Below are positions 1-13,962 of a DNA stretch of 64,000 nucleotides, one piece after another. The notes under the pieces were generated by a model, which saw only the letters and a list, made by a program, of their open reading frames with translations, had not been told where the DNA came from and searched no databases. This DNA is from Felis catus. Taxonomy: Eukaryota. Numbering within the stretch: the stretch's first letter is position 1; each line of letters begins with the position of its first letter. A program made the translations under genes and the position numbers. The DNA lies in the NCBI RefSeq assembly GCF_018350175.1, contig NC_058368.1, forward strand, positions 230,518,001 to 230,582,000, given 5' to 3'.

Positions 1-2280
1 TTTGAGTCCTTACTATGTGCTTGGCCCTTATGGTAGGCATGGGTGTTGCAAGGGAGAGCAGATAGGCACGGTCTGTGGAGTTTGCTATTGAAAGCGATTC
101 ATAATGTCATTAAGACAACCTGATTGCCTCCAAGTTCCATTAGGCTGCCCCAGAACTGGAAAAGCTGGAGCGTGTCTCTCCTAAAGAATGCCTCAGAAGG
201 CCATATTCTTTTTGTTTTTTTTCAATGTTTTCATGGGCAACCTACCTCTCTTACTAATCCATTCTTTCTTTACATTTAAGAAACTGTGTATTTTTAACTG
301 ACTCGCTGTTAAATCCTGTAGTCTTAAAGCTTTCTCTCTCTTCAGGATTTTGCATTCTCTTATCTTTTTTATTAGGAAAAGTTTAGAAAAGAATTCATTT
401 TTTTAATTCTTTCAGAAGACATTGCTATCCCCCAGAGGACTAACCATAATTTTGCAAAGTTCTTTCTGGCATTTATGTTCCATGAAATGGTAATAGGGAT
501 CATTTCGCCCCAAACATTGTTTTGTTTTCCCAAGCCAGAAGAAGGGAGAGCATAATGATTTCACCATAAATAGAAAATTTTAATATAAGATATCCCATCA
601 TGCTATTCCTTCTTAAAGTTTCCACAACTTATTTCTGCAGAATTTGATCTGCTTAATTATGAAAATTTCCAGGATCTAACTAAAACTTGCTTTGAATTAT
701 TTATCTTATAATCTGGTTGCAAGTGTGGGCTTCTTTTAAAAGGACAAACAAATGTTAAATTTTATCTTCTCAATATGAGTAGTCATCCTTCCTATTAGAA
801 TATGAATATTCAAACCTTTCCATTAGTATGAACAAATTACTTCCTTTGAAAAATGATTAAATAAAAAAAGCTTAGTTAATCTCCAATTGGTAGACAATGG
901 TGTTTAAAATTTATCCCTATAAAACATTGGGTTGTAGGGTGTTAACTCCCTGATAAATAAAAAAGCAAGTCGTCAGAGCTGGATCGTTCTTCAAATCCTT
1001 CATAACTTCTTGATATTAAAAATATAATTTTTCCTCCTGCTGCCTCCCAAATTATATTACATCGCATCAGAAGTGGCTTCCCTGGAGGAGAAGCAAAGAA
1101 ACAAGTCTATTATCCATAAATTGAAGAAGAAAGAGTTCACTAAACAGTCTCACTTACGTGCTAATCCTCTCCAGTATTTTAACACATCTATTTTCATACC
1201 ATTTCTCCTTTCCCTTTTCCAAGTGGCACTTATTTTAAACTAAATAAAGTCAGCATTTGCCAGAGTTGTGACAAAACAACCAGAGAGATGGGGACAGATC
1301 CAGGAGGACAAGCGGAGCACGCGTGGAAGCTAGCCCACACCCAGTGGCGTTAGTGAAGACCTCCAGCTTCCAGTTCCCATTCCTCTTGGAGAAGAGAAAC
1401 ATAACCAGTGAGAGCATGAATAGCGGTTCCAAAGCACCGGCTCGGAGATCACGCCTCCCACCCACCGTCCTGTAGAATTCCAGAGTGCAGAGCTGAACGC
1501 ACAACTCTACTCTGCACAACCTGGCTCTAAACTCTGTTGCCCCCCTCGTTCTCCTCTTCTTGAGTCTGGGTGTTCCTTAATTGACCAAGAATATTTGAAG
1601 TAAGTTCCACTTGTCCCTTAGTTGACCAAAGGACCCTTTGAAATAAAAAAAAAATGGGAAGTGTTTGAATTTCCATCCTGTTCTCACTGTCCCCCTTTAC
1701 TGGGTTGATGACTTCCTCTGGTCACGGAGCCATCACTGTTTGCTTCAGGGCATTTGATGGACAGCTGCGGGTCAAGGCTGACTGGGATGGCCCATTCTGC
1801 GGGTTCCTCTCCATCGCCCTTTGGAGCTGTGATGGGGAGAGGTGACAAGTGGGGTCTCTGACTCAGAGAGCTATGGCAGGGTGGGGATCACAGGAAGCAG
1901 AGGTGCAGGTGGGGGTGAATAGAATAACTACTCGGTTCCCTGCCCTGTGTCGTAGAGCTCCTGGCCGCTTCTCTGGCAAGATTTTAACCATCTCATAAGA
2001 AGTTACGTGTTCTGGAAACAGAGAATTGGGGAAGCTACTAGATACAAAAGCCTTTATCTCTTCATTCTCATTGGAAAGTTCTTGTTCTGAGCTGGCAGAA
2101 GATTCTGGAAGTACTACCTCAAATGCTTTCCTTAGGCAGAGAAGAACAGCCCTACCTAGATTTCATGCTGGGTCTACAGTTTCTTGCCTCCAGAATATTT
2201 AAGTGCAAGAAGCAGTAGGTAATAACAACATGGGCCAGCAGATTGGCAACCTTCAGCATTCGATTTTTAGACTACTGTCC

Positions 2281-2298
2281 TTTTTTTTTTTTTTTTTT
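2281..2298. repeat. Poly-T tract (T18)
   Basis: Direct read of the sequence. Confidence 0.9.
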
Positions 2299-3749
2299 TG
2301 GCCTGTGTCATAAATTCTTTTTCAGCTTTTCAGTCTGCTAAGTAAAAGGACAGGCATGCCAGGACTTCGAATCAACCCTCCCTCCGTCCTTCACTATTAT
2401 CCTGTAGAGGTACAAATACATCATTATTCCCCATTAACAAGCACTCAACCAGCAAGGAAGATGCTGTGCCCTGAATGCTCTGACTGGAGCTAATGAATCC
2501 CAACAACTAATTACATTTCTCTTAAGGTAACTTATGACCAGAAAGTAGCTGTGTTAGCACAAAGGTTTTATGTGAGAGTGGCAATACTCAGGAAGAGGCC
2601 AGCTGATTAGTCATCCCCCATAATTCTCTGTAATTGTCCTGTCTGGACTTTTTGTGTCCAGACCATTGTTCTTTCCAGGGTTACATTTTCCCTGACCTTA
2701 TTTTGGACCAACAATGTAATTGGTAATTGTGGGCTAATTTATATAAACAAACGAGGGTCCTGCTAAATGAAAGCATTGTCGCTGTGATTGGTACTTGCGG
2801 CTCTAAGAGCTCTCTATTTTGTACAAGTTTGGGTCAAGTGGTTGGAGCCAATGGGGCTTATTGCAAAAAAAATAATTATTTCAAATAAGAAAAAAACCCT
2901 CCTGTCCTGTTAAGGCCTGTCGGGAAGCATGGTTTATGGTCTCTTGCATGGAATGAGTGCTTACGTGGTTTGCAGAAAACTGGTTTCGTCCTTTGCTTAG
3001 ACTCCTAATAAGGCCTGAAGGGTCCTTCTCCTTACCATGTGTGAAAGCAGCACTGATAAGTTTCTTCCTAGAACGTAAAGGAACCTTACTTATTTCTCCT
3101 CTGCACGCAGCACTGTCATCCTGACTAGGAAACGTGATTAGATGTCATCTGTCCTTGACCCCTGTCACTCCTAAGCAGCTGAAATAGATTAAGAGGCTGG
3201 TGCTTCCCAAATCAGATGAAGCCAAGTGTCTTCAGGCAGTACCTTCAGTAATAGGCTCACAAAGGAATTGGTGCCTGGGTTTATTACCATGTTTCAGGGC
3301 CCATGCCTATTTGAGGGGAGATAATTGAAATAGATTATCCTGTTGTTTCCTTTTAAGCACCTAGCCAGGATCCCCTGCAAGCTTAGAAGGACACCTTCAG
3401 AAAAGGCCCGGGAGGGACAGCAGCTCAGAAAGGCAGAGCTGAGGGTCCACGCACTCATGTGGCCAGTGGGAGCAGGATGCTGTTGGAGAAAGGGAACCCC
3501 TTACCTCGCACGTCTTAGGGCCTATGAGCTTCCTCCTCTTTCTTTAGAAACCTTTTATACTCTGAAGGCTTTAATTCAGGTGAAGCCAGAGAAACACAAT
3601 AAACCGTGGAGATCGGATTAACCTGACCCGTGGATCAATCTGACGGACACAAATGTGTCCCTCCACCCAAGGGGCACCTTCTGTTTGATTCTAGCTTGAG
3701 CCCCTCACATCTCCAGCATTTTCTTCCCTAATTTTTTTATCTGTCATTT

Positions 3750-4570
3750 AAAATTGTTTTCAGGCAAAATTCAGTAACATGTAATTAACCATTTAAAAGT
3801 GAACAGTTCATGGGGTGCCTGGGTGGCTCAGTCGGTTGGGCGTCTGACTTTGGCTCAGGTCATGATCTCGCAGTCCGTGAGTTCGAGCCCCGCGTTGGGC
3901 TCTGTGCTGACAGCTCAGAGCCTGGAGCCTGCTTCAGATTCTGTGTCTCCCTCTCTCTCTGCCCCTCCCCTGCTCATGCTCTGTCTCTCTCTCTCTCAAA
4001 AATAAATTAAAAAACATTAAAAAAAATTTTTTTTTTACAGTGAACAATTCAGTGGCATTTAGTACATTCACAACTTGGTGCAACCACTTCTATCTAGTTC
4101 CAAAATATTTTCATTTCCCCCAAAGGAAATTCTGTACCTATTAGGCAGTCACTCCACATTCTCCCTCCTGCGGGCCCTGGCAGCCACCAATTTGCATTCT
4201 GTCTTTATGAATTTACCTCTTCTGGATATTACATTGGAAGGGAATTGTGCACTAACAGTCTTTTGCGAATGGCTTCTTTCACTTAGCATAACGCTTTCAA
4301 GGTTCATCTGTGATGTAGATTCCTTTTTAGAGCAGAGTAATGTTCCCTTGTGTGGATATACCACATTGTGTTATAGATCGTCGTAAACATTTGGGCTGTG
4401 GCCACCCTTGGTCTCCTGTGACTAATGCTGCTGTTAACGTGCATGCACAGGTATTGGTTTGAGTACCTGTGTTCAGTTCTCTGGGGTATGCACTGAGGAA
4501 CAGCAGGGTCTGCTGAATCATGTGGTACTTGTATATATAACTTTTTAAGGAGCAAAGGGTTTTCCATAGC
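3750..4570 (-). mobile_element. Old L1 3' fragment (L1MB-like), interrupted by a SINE
   Basis: Antisense L1 3' UTR motifs such as aagtgaacaattcagtggcatttagtacattcaca and tggcttctttcacttagcataa. Confidence 0.75.
3812..4036 (+). mobile_element. Felid CAN-SINE (SINEC_Fc-type)
   Basis: Head ggggtgcctgggtggctcagtcggtt, CT tract, A/T tail; TSD agtgaaca(g/a)ttca at 3798-3810 and 4039-4051. Confidence 0.95.
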
Positions 4571-4849
4571 CCTACTCATTTCATGTGCATTTCTCTGCAT
4601 TACATTTTCTGCCCCAGATTGTTTTCTTTTTCTCAGATTATTTGCCTTTTCTTGCGTCCTTTTTTTCCAGAGAAGTTTTCTCTCTGCCTGCTAGATTATT
4701 AAGGCCATTTGTCTTTATATCACTCTGCATGAGAGAGGGAAGGTACTATGTGAATGTTATGCTTTTGCTTTAAAACTCTGAGGACTGATATCAACTCACT
4801 GCAGCTACGTGGGCAAAGTTGGACAGATCCCCTGAGTCTCCAGCCCTGC

Positions 4850-5285
4850 GCTGGGCCCCTCTGCCCTCACTGTGTTTGCAGTACTGGCCTTCTTTCTGTT
4901 GCTTTATACACCGTGGTCTTTGTGACCTCGGGACCTTTGCATGTGACTTCCAGCACCTGAAAGACTTTATCCTCTCCCTTCAGATCTCAGCTTAAAAGTG
5001 TCCTCCTATCCAGAGAGACTTTCCCCAGCACTTCCTCTTGCCATATAAATCAGGGCTTCCCTGATGCCTTTACAAAGCATTCTGAGCTTTTAATCTGACC
5101 TTCTGACTATTTGAAGTGACATCTCTGCCCATGTGCTTGTGTATTTAAGGCCAGAGAGCTACATTCTCATCCACATGAGGATAATGTCATTGTCATCCTG
5201 GATTACTCAGCCCTAGGGCCATAGCTGGCACCTGGTAGATCCCTGATAACTAGTGAGTGAATGAGACAACCAGTGAGTGGCCCTT
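4850..5285 (+). mobile_element. L2 3' fragment
   Basis: ggacctttgcatgtgac...cagatctcagcttaaa...gtgagtgaatga, typical of an L2 end. Confidence 0.55.
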
Positions 5286-5773
5286 CCCTGGCTGCTTTTC
5301 TGTGTGACCCAGAACTGTCCTGTATGAATTTTCACCAAAGCAAAGAACCTTTCAGTTCTCCTGGTGACTAATAAAATCTTCCCGGTCACAGAGACAATGT
5401 TCCTTTACATGATCGCCAGTTTCCACATGAGATTAACCTCCTGGTTACAGCCACATACGTACTCGTCTTTCAGTGTGGGGTTTTTGTGATATTTCTGCTA
5501 AATAAAACCGCCACATCAGTTAGTTTCATCGTCATACCTTTTCTTACAGTCTGCAGGTTTTGTCTTTGCACTTTGCTTATATTGCCCATGGTTCCTCATG
5601 ATACTGTTTTCGTCACCCACCTCATTTGAAGGAAGCCGTTGGACTGTTGATTGATCAGCACGGTGGAATAATAAATGTGGACAAAACTCCTTAATACCAC
5701 CAATCACCACTTAAATCTCATGACAGCTTTATAAAGGAGAGGTTATTATGGGGTTCTCCCCACCCCAATTTTA

Positions 5774-5994
5774 TTTTTTTTTTAATTTTTTTTTTCAACA
5801 TTTATTTTTAGGACAGAGAGAGACAGAGCATGAACGGGGGAGGGGCAGAGAGAGAGGGAGACACAGAATCAGAAACAGGCTCCAGGCTCCGAGCCATCAG
5901 CCCAGAGCCCGACGCGGGGCTCGAACTCACAGACCGCGAGATCGTGACCTGGCTGAAGTCAGACGCTTAACCGACTGCGCCACCCAGGCGCCCC
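5774..5994 (-). mobile_element. Young felid SINEC_Fc inserted in a MIR remnant
   Basis: CpG-rich copy; perfect 17-bp TSD tccccaccccaatttta at 5757-5773 and 5995-6011. Confidence 0.97.
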
Positions 5995-7132
5995 TCCCCA
6001 CCCCAATTTTAAATAAGAAGAACCTGAAACTCCGAAAGGTTGAGTAGTTGGTTCTAGAGCCCATGTTGGGAAGCCGTGAACCCAGATGCAGGCCTGGGCT
6101 TTCAGAATCCAGGTGGAGCGCTGCCCAATGACGTCATTGCCTCAGGGTTGGCCTGTTAGCATGAAACACCGCAGCCCGTCTGCCCCACTTGTAAATAATG
6201 AGAATGGCCATAACCATCTCATCATCTGCTGCTTGGTCCGGTGCTAAGTCAACACCTTGGCAGATCAACACCTTGGTAAACTGGATGACGTCTCTCATTC
6301 CACACAAAAGTACAGTGAATTTCTATTACATTCCCAGGACTCTGCTAGGTACCCGAGAGGCAAACATGAATAAGACATGATACTTACAGCCTAAAAGGAT
6401 AGAAGGAAATCTGAACCATGGTGCATAATGCTCATACTTAGTGTTTTCATTTCTTTAGCTCAAAAGGATGAGCCCCAGGGTTTCCACATCTCCTGCAGTA
6501 ACCCTTACCCTCACTCGCTCAACCCCTCCTGCCCCAGGACACAAGGAAGGTTAACAGGTGGATCCTGAGAGGAAACAGCAGCCGACACATCTGAGTGGGA
6601 AGAGCTAGGCTCCCGTGACTAGGCAAGCCTTGACTTGGGCAAGAGGTGTTGGAACCTTTGGCAACTTCCCAAACCTTCTCGACCCTTCACAAGCCTCCAT
6701 GAGCCTCCGATGCCTCACGGAGGCCTCCTTAAGGGCTTATGTTAGGACGTGAGGGCCCAACAAACATAACCCTTTTTTGTCCTAAGTTAAGAACTAAATG
6801 ATAAATAAGACAAAGAAAACTGGTGAATGGAAGCCAGACAGTCTGTTTCCCTCTGAGAATGCTGAGCAGAGATCATGCCTTCTTACCTACAGCCAAGAAG
6901 CAGGCTAAGGATCTACTGATGGCACTGCCTTGCCAGTGTAGACCTTGAGACTGGCCCCAGGGAAAAGTTGAGATCTGAGGAGCTGACAGACATACCCAAC
7001 ATCACTGCCTCCCAGTCCTGGGATGTTCTGTTGGTGGATCAGCCCCACGAAACGAGAAATCTCGACAGAAGGATGGCAGAGATTTGCCCGCCCTCCCCCC
7101 CAGTCAGATAATTCACTCTTTCTGCTGGGGGC

Positions 7133-7601
7133 TGTTATGGATTAAGTGTTGTACCCCCAAATCCATATTTTAAAGTCCTAACTCCCAGTTTACTTCAGAA
7201 TGTGACCTTATTTGAAAATAGGTGGCTGCTGGTGTACAGAATGTGCATTAGATGCACATTAGCTAAGAACATCACGGTGGGCTCTCATCCAAGATGACTG
7301 ACTGGTGTCCGTACTAAAAGGACGAGTTTGAACACAGAGACACATACGGCAGGACACCATGTGTAGGTGAAGGCAGAGATCAGGGCGATGCTTTTCCAAG
7401 CCAAGAAACACCAAAGATAGCCAACCACAGGAAGCTCGGGGTGGCGAGGAGTGGGGAATAGAGACTTCCTCACAACCTCAGAAGAAACCAACCCTGTGGA
7501 CACCTCTGCCGTGCAGAATTATGAGAGCACAAATTTCCATTGCTCAAGCCTCTCGGTTTGCGGTCCTTTGTTAACTAACGCAGCCAGCGCAGAGTAATAC
7601 A
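7133..7601 (+). mobile_element. MaLR solo LTR (MLT1B/C-like)
   Basis: Starts tgttatggatt, contains cagaatgtgaccttatttgaaaatagg, ends aataca. Confidence 0.8.
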
Positions 7602-7859
7602 GGGGAGAGAGCTTGGTGAAAGGGGAGAGGAGATGCTGGAGAGTGTCTCGGAAAAACGAAGCCAGGAGAAGAGGTTCCCTTCTTCCAGAAAGTGATATGA
7701 TAATCTTCTGTACACCTCCCTAGGATCTTCCCGTGTTTTGTTCTTACCTTCTCTTTCTTAAAACAGGTCTCTCTGTCCTTTGCTCGGGCACCTGTGCCTG
7801 CGTGGGATGTCTGGGAAGAAAGGGCGGTGGGTGATGATAGGTCTGCCTCCTACGTGCTG

Positions 7860-7990
7860 CACACTGTGCCTCATCTCATCCTTCCAAAACGTTAGCCCAC
7901 TTTACAGATGGAGAAACTGAGGGTCAGAAAGGTTAATGTGTCCCCCAAGGCCAGGCAGATAATAACAGAGTCGAAATCTGACACCAAAAG
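7860..7990 (-). mobile_element. MIR fragment
   Basis: Core cccactttacagatggagaaactgagggtcagaaaggttaa. Confidence 0.7.
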
Positions 7991-10877
7991 CTTCTCTACT
8001 CCCCTAGACTGTCTTTTGGAGTATAAAATACTTCCATCCCTTACAAGTGAATGCCAGTATTCATAAACATCATGTTACACGAATCAGGACCTGCTGAGGT
8101 TGGGGTGTGACAGTGCCTCTGGTATGTTCTTCTCCCTGTTCATAACCCCCTCCCCAGGCTCTTCAACAATCCCCATTGCTTTCAACTGCAGAGTCTCTTG
8201 CCTGAAATTCCTTCAACATGCTTGAGATGAGAATGTCGTCTGATCTGCCTATAAACTCTCTGTGGAGTAGGGCTGGAAAAGGAGCAAGCAGTAGGAGGCT
8301 GTTCTGTTGCTGGCTTTGAATTTTATTTCCTTCCGTGGTGGGAGTCCAGAAGTGTTGGTGTCATTCAGTCCTTCTGTCTCCTTGCATCCTGGCAAGTTAT
8401 CATCTATCTGACAAGCAAAGAAATCAATCACAGGCAGCCATGCATATTTATTTGGTCACAGACCAAGATCGGCCCTGGATGAATACGCGGAGCCACTGAG
8501 GGCTGCCTGCTGCCTGCAGACTCAGCTGGCCTCGGGCGTCTATCTGTCTGGGTTTTCCTTCCCCTAATTTGAGTTTGCTCTCGCTCTGTCAGCTTGCTTG
8601 GCTGCCCGTTCACCCCGCAGCTTGCCTTCTTGCCGGCCAGCTGCCCACCTCTGACTCCCCAAAGCATGTGATGCTCTGCAGTCTGAGCACAGAACGCCAG
8701 CGGGCGGCAGGCAAGTAATACAGGTCGGGGAGAACGTGCAGGTGCACCTCGAATGAGCACAGAACACAGGGATTTCACCTGCTCGGGGGGGACAGGCGAA
8801 GCCTCCCTGAAGGAAAGATGAGTAGAAGTTGGCCAAGTGAAAACGGGGAAGCTTGTCCTGGGCATGTGCTGTGCTGGGGACTTGGAGTTTGAGTGAAATG
8901 GACAGTCTTGGGGTGGGGGGCTGATGCGCTGACGCACATTTTAGAAGAATCACAGGAACTTTCCTGGGAGGTGGGGGATGAGGGCAGAAGCGCAAGGACT
9001 CGATTAAGAGACAAGACATGGCAGGAATGGACCTGTCGGTAGCTACGGAGGACGATTCTGGAGATGCTTTGCGGTCAGAGCTGCCTGGGTGTGCCGACTG
9101 AGTGGATGTAGGTGTATGAGAAAGACTGAGTCCAGGGTGAGCAACACTGTGTTTGTCCAGTGAGTCCATCAAAGTGTCTTGGCGCACAACAAAATAGCTT
9201 TTAACGGAAACCCCCAAAGCAGGTTCCGATTAGCGATACTTTTCTTTTCCTCCGTTTTGCTCTTACCTCCTTTTCACCTTTGAAATTTCCTCCTTCTTTG
9301 CTTCTCTTGGTCACTGTGACTGCAGATATACTTTGTGAAGGTCGCTTGTCGCCCTGATTGTCATTCTCATCCCGTCCATCCCTAGTGGACTTCAGGGTCT
9401 CCCTAGTGAGGAAAACCCAGCACAGAAACCAAATCAAAAAAGCTAACCGACACCCATTTTGGGGTGTGCGTCTCCACCTACCCTCTGTGACGCAGCTCCG
9501 ATGGGGAGCAGAGGTGAAGCTGAGGCTGGCTGGCCGGGACTGCCTGTAAGACCCACAGCCCACCATGTCTCATGTCACAATGCTGGTGCCGACGGGAGGG
9601 TGCCAGGCACCAGCACATGGTCCTGCAGGTGCGTCTGCATGGAGAAGGTGGGAAGAACATTCTAAGACTGCAGCAGTTCAGAGTTTCTCTGGCACCGCAG
9701 TGAGCTAACACGGCACGTTTGATTTTTAGTACATTCTGCAAAAAGTACTCCATGGTGAGTATTTGTGATTAAACTTCAAACAGTATGTTGTATTCCTGGG
9801 GAGCACTTTGGCAAAATAGTGGATTGTTGGAAATATCGGGTTTGATCACCGGATCTACTGGTCTGGTAGCAGTTTATCTAACATAGAAGGATCCTCTTTC
9901 TGCCTCTGTCTTGTGTGAAAATCAACTAATTCTACTCTGTCTTTTCCAAAACTATTTTTTCTTCACTGATGAACAGACCTCCAAAGCTTTCCATATTCGC
10001 ACATAAAAAAGTATTGATAGTAAGAGTAACTGTTTTAGGGTGAGCTGCAGAAAAACCTGGAGTTGCTAGACTATGCATTCCAGATTATTTTCATGGTGCA
10101 TTGATGCCTTGACATTTCGCCCGAGAAATCATTTTATGTAGTCTCTTCCGGAGCTTCAAGAACTGCCATCATTCACAAAGAGCAGTGAAGCCAGCACGCC
10201 ATGGGCTCCCTGGGCCGATGGTGGAGACACGACTCTTCCTTTTTGTTTTCTACTTATTCTCGGGGTATCCACCGCGCTGGTTAAGTGCATAGCGTTTAAA
10301 CCCTAACACTTGCCCGACATCAAAGAGAGTAACCCCAGTCCCATAACCGGGGAGAACGCTTTGATTCCAGTGCATATTTAGGGTGACAAGGATCAACAAT
10401 GAAACTAAACTCTTCGCGGCCAACTTGTGCCCTGGTTTTAATGATGCTCTGAGGCTCCTCGAAGTGTCTTTGTTAGGTGACCTTCCAATGCAGCATTATA
10501 ATTCTTGGAGTTTTGAAACATTACTCCCTTCACGGCTAAAGCAGTAAAAGAAAGTGGTACACCCAGCGGTGCCGTTATCCGACACTCGTGTGAAGCACAA
10601 GCCATCTGGTAGTAGTAAACCAAGAACAGTCACTCTCAGGCTACCTGGAGTTGGGGAGAATCTCATTCCGCCTACCATACCTGCAAACGAGAGGCAGCTA
10701 AAAGTCCTAACGACCGCATTTTGTCTTGTCACTCAGAGCATCTAAAAACACCTTCATTTAAAAGATGCAAACACTTTATCTGAAAGTTTTGAAATACTTC
10801 AGCAGAAAAATTAAAAATGAGCGTTGATGGAAAAATATCCCAGGAGGCCGTAATTGTCTTACGTGAATGTACAAATG

Positions 10878-11480
10878 TAGTTTCTCCACTGCCGCCATAG
10901 CAGTTACCACAAACGTAGTGTTAGAACGGCTTGAATGTGGTTTACGTCGGAAGTGCAGGGGGCATGGCTGGTTTCTCTGCTCAGGGTCTCGCTAGTTCGA
11001 AATCAAGGTCTCTGCCAGCAGGCTTTTCTCAGGAAATTCTGGGAATAAGCTGTTTCCTGGCTCAATCGGGTGGTTGGCCAAATTCAGTTTCTTACAGTTG
11101 TAGACAGAGGACGGTACTTCCTTGTTGGCTGTTGCCTAGGAGATGTTCTCGGCTTCTCGCGGCCACCTCATTCCCCGGTTCATGGCCCCTTGCGTCATCC
11201 TGCGAAGCCAATAATGTCCGAGAATCAGGATCTCTTCCCTCATCTCTCTGTTCCCTCTTCAGCCACATCTTTAGACTGACCCTTCTGCTTTTAAGGACCC
11301 AGGTGATGACATAGGACCCAGCAGGATAATCCAGGATCATTTCCTTTATCCGAAGGTCACTGATCAGTACCTTAATGCCACCTGCAAAACTCCTTCACTG
11401 CAGTGCCTAGATTAGTGTTCGGCCGAACAACTCCAGACCAGGAATCTTGAAGGGACGTCTTTCAAATTCTCCCTTCCACC
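10878..11480 (-). mobile_element. MaLR LTR (MLT1 family)
   Basis: ttaccacaaac...gaaatcaaggt...ggataatccaggatcatttcc...cttaatgccacctgcaaaactcc. Confidence 0.65.
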
Positions 11481-12308
11481 ACAAAGAAAAAGTCCAGTCA
11501 TGACAACAATGGAGGCAGACAATTAAACTATAGATTCATAGGCACTAAGCAGCCTTGGTTTTAAAATGCAAAGACTCTTCGAACAGCTTTGACTTTTCCA
11601 ATTATTCCTAAATTGCGATTAAGGCCAATGCCTAAGCGGCTTCTTTTTCCAGAAGCTGGCACCCACTTTTTCAGTAAGTCTTCCAGGAATTTCCTTCAAA
11701 ATGTAAAAACATATTTCAATAATTAGGAAAAAGTGTATGCTCTTCTCCTTTTCAGAAAATAAACAGGCCAGATGATCTTAGTTTACTGAGCTCTCTGTAT
11801 ATTTTTTTCTCATAGAAGTTTATATGTATTCCTGTCATTTTTCGCTCTGGTCACTCATCACCCCCACACTAGATACTTAACTTTCAAAACAAGGAGAGAA
11901 GAGAGCTGTCCACAGACACCCTCTGCCATTTTAATTCATCTTTGGCCAAGCACAGATTAGGCTGTTTGTTTGTTTCACCTAGCTAGAACTACACAAGCAT
12001 CTCTGGCCGAAGTAATTGGAGTCTGCGTTTTGTTTGTTTTCGTTTTTTTTTTTTTATCATTTATCATGTTCTTTGGCCCAAGTAGAAAACTACTCAGTGA
12101 GTCGTCAAAACTTCTAAGTTCTTCGGACAGCAGTTAGGAGAGATGGGAGCATTTTTAAGAGATTAAAAGAAAGGTGCTTTTTTATTTTTTAATCCCTTCC
12201 TTTCCCTTTGCACACAAGGAGCCTGGAGCTGTTTTGATCCAGGGACTATTTTTATTAGCAATTTGGCCATAAATTTAAGGAGACTTTTCCCAAAGCAAAA
12301 TTTAAGAA

Positions 12309-12309
<1 letters not shown>

Positions 12310-12343
<34 letters not shown>
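12310..12343. repeat. (AC)17 microsatellite
   Basis: Perfect dinucleotide run. Confidence 0.95.
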
Positions 12344-12346
<3 letters not shown>

Positions 12347-13316
12347 GAGAGGGATGGTTACCATAGGCAGACAGCCCGGAGCAGTGGGGTAACAGGAATG
12401 GTCTCTTCTCTCTTCCTTACCCCGTGGCTGCCTGTTCTGATCACTCACCCTAACTTGCTGGGCAAGGATCGTGAACAGTCAACTCAGAGAAATGCTGCTG
12501 GTCCCAACCCAACAGTGAATACCCAGAATAAAACACCGGGTGTGGGGGGGCAGGGGAATTACAAGAACATGATGGGGGTGGAAATGGGGAGGGGATGAGA
12601 CACAAGAATAAATGCAGTTCTTTCCCCTGGAGATACTTTCAGATTTTTGGTTGTTATTATTGGAACCCAATAAGGTATCAGTGAGTGATCAAAGCAATCA
12701 TGAAAACAGAAAATGCACCTCGAGGACAAGTCTTCATCTAGATAAGTGAACTTTTAGAAATCACATTCATTCCCAGCTTTAATAAATCTTTGAAGTACAA
12801 TTTGTTAAAATTTTCCCACAAGTAAATAAATTGAAAGATTACATGAGTGCATATAAGGAATTAGGTGATGAATTGAAACGAAGGTTTGAAGGGCTAATTT
12901 AATAATAGCTATTAATAGTCCGGAACATAATGCCAAATCTTGAAAGTCTTCAAACCCACAATCTGACATTTAAAAGGCAAGTAACCCATTACCTATAATC
13001 CCTTATCAGTCAGATTTGTTCTCCTACTTCTGAGAAGACAGAGATCTCAAAATACAAGGAATTGGATGGCCTTGGCCTGGCTCCTCATTTATGTAGCCAC
13101 GGTGCTCACTTGCCTGAAAGCCACCTGTTGGTGAAGTGAATATTGCATTTCTAGTTTGCAGGGTTTCCCAGCATATTAATATATTGTATGTATTTTTATT
13201 TTTAATTTTTTTAATTTTTTTTAATTTATTTTTTTTATAGCGTATGTATTTTTAAAGCTCAGGTTTTGTGACTTACACTCAGTTGTGCCTGGTCGATAAG
13301 GAGTAATTTGGGCTAG

Positions 13317-13349
13317 TAAAAAAAAAAAAAGAAGAAGAAGAAGAAGAAA
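13317..13349. repeat. A14 followed by (GAA)6
   Basis: Direct read of the sequence. Confidence 0.9.
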
Positions 13350-13379
13350 ACACTGGTTTTTAATTCGTTTTGTAACTTA

Positions 13380-13962
<583 letters not shown>

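Noticed and set aside
1337..1363. Minus-strand peptide EVFTNATGC resembling the plakophilin/delta-catenin motif (EVFFNATGC, VLRNATGC) that precedes the first exon in this window
   Set aside because: It is on the wrong strand, similarity stops after 9 residues (GL instead of LR), and I see no fitting splice sites. Best explained as coincidence; TBLASTN of the preceding CTNND2 exon against 1200-1550 would settle it.
2641..2663. 8-bp hairpin gtctggac/gtccagac
   Set aside because: A stem this short is expected by chance in 64 kb and is far too small for a pre-miRNA.
5748..6047. Two near-identical peptides (ORFs at 5748+ and 14506-) suggesting a duplicated small gene
   Set aside because: Both are antisense translations of the same young SINE family.
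8428..9566. Longest minus-strand ORFs (169, 217 and 121 aa) as an antisense gene
   Set aside because: No recognisable domain, low-complexity Ser/Pro/Arg composition, and overlapping open frames typical of a GC-richer non-coding patch.
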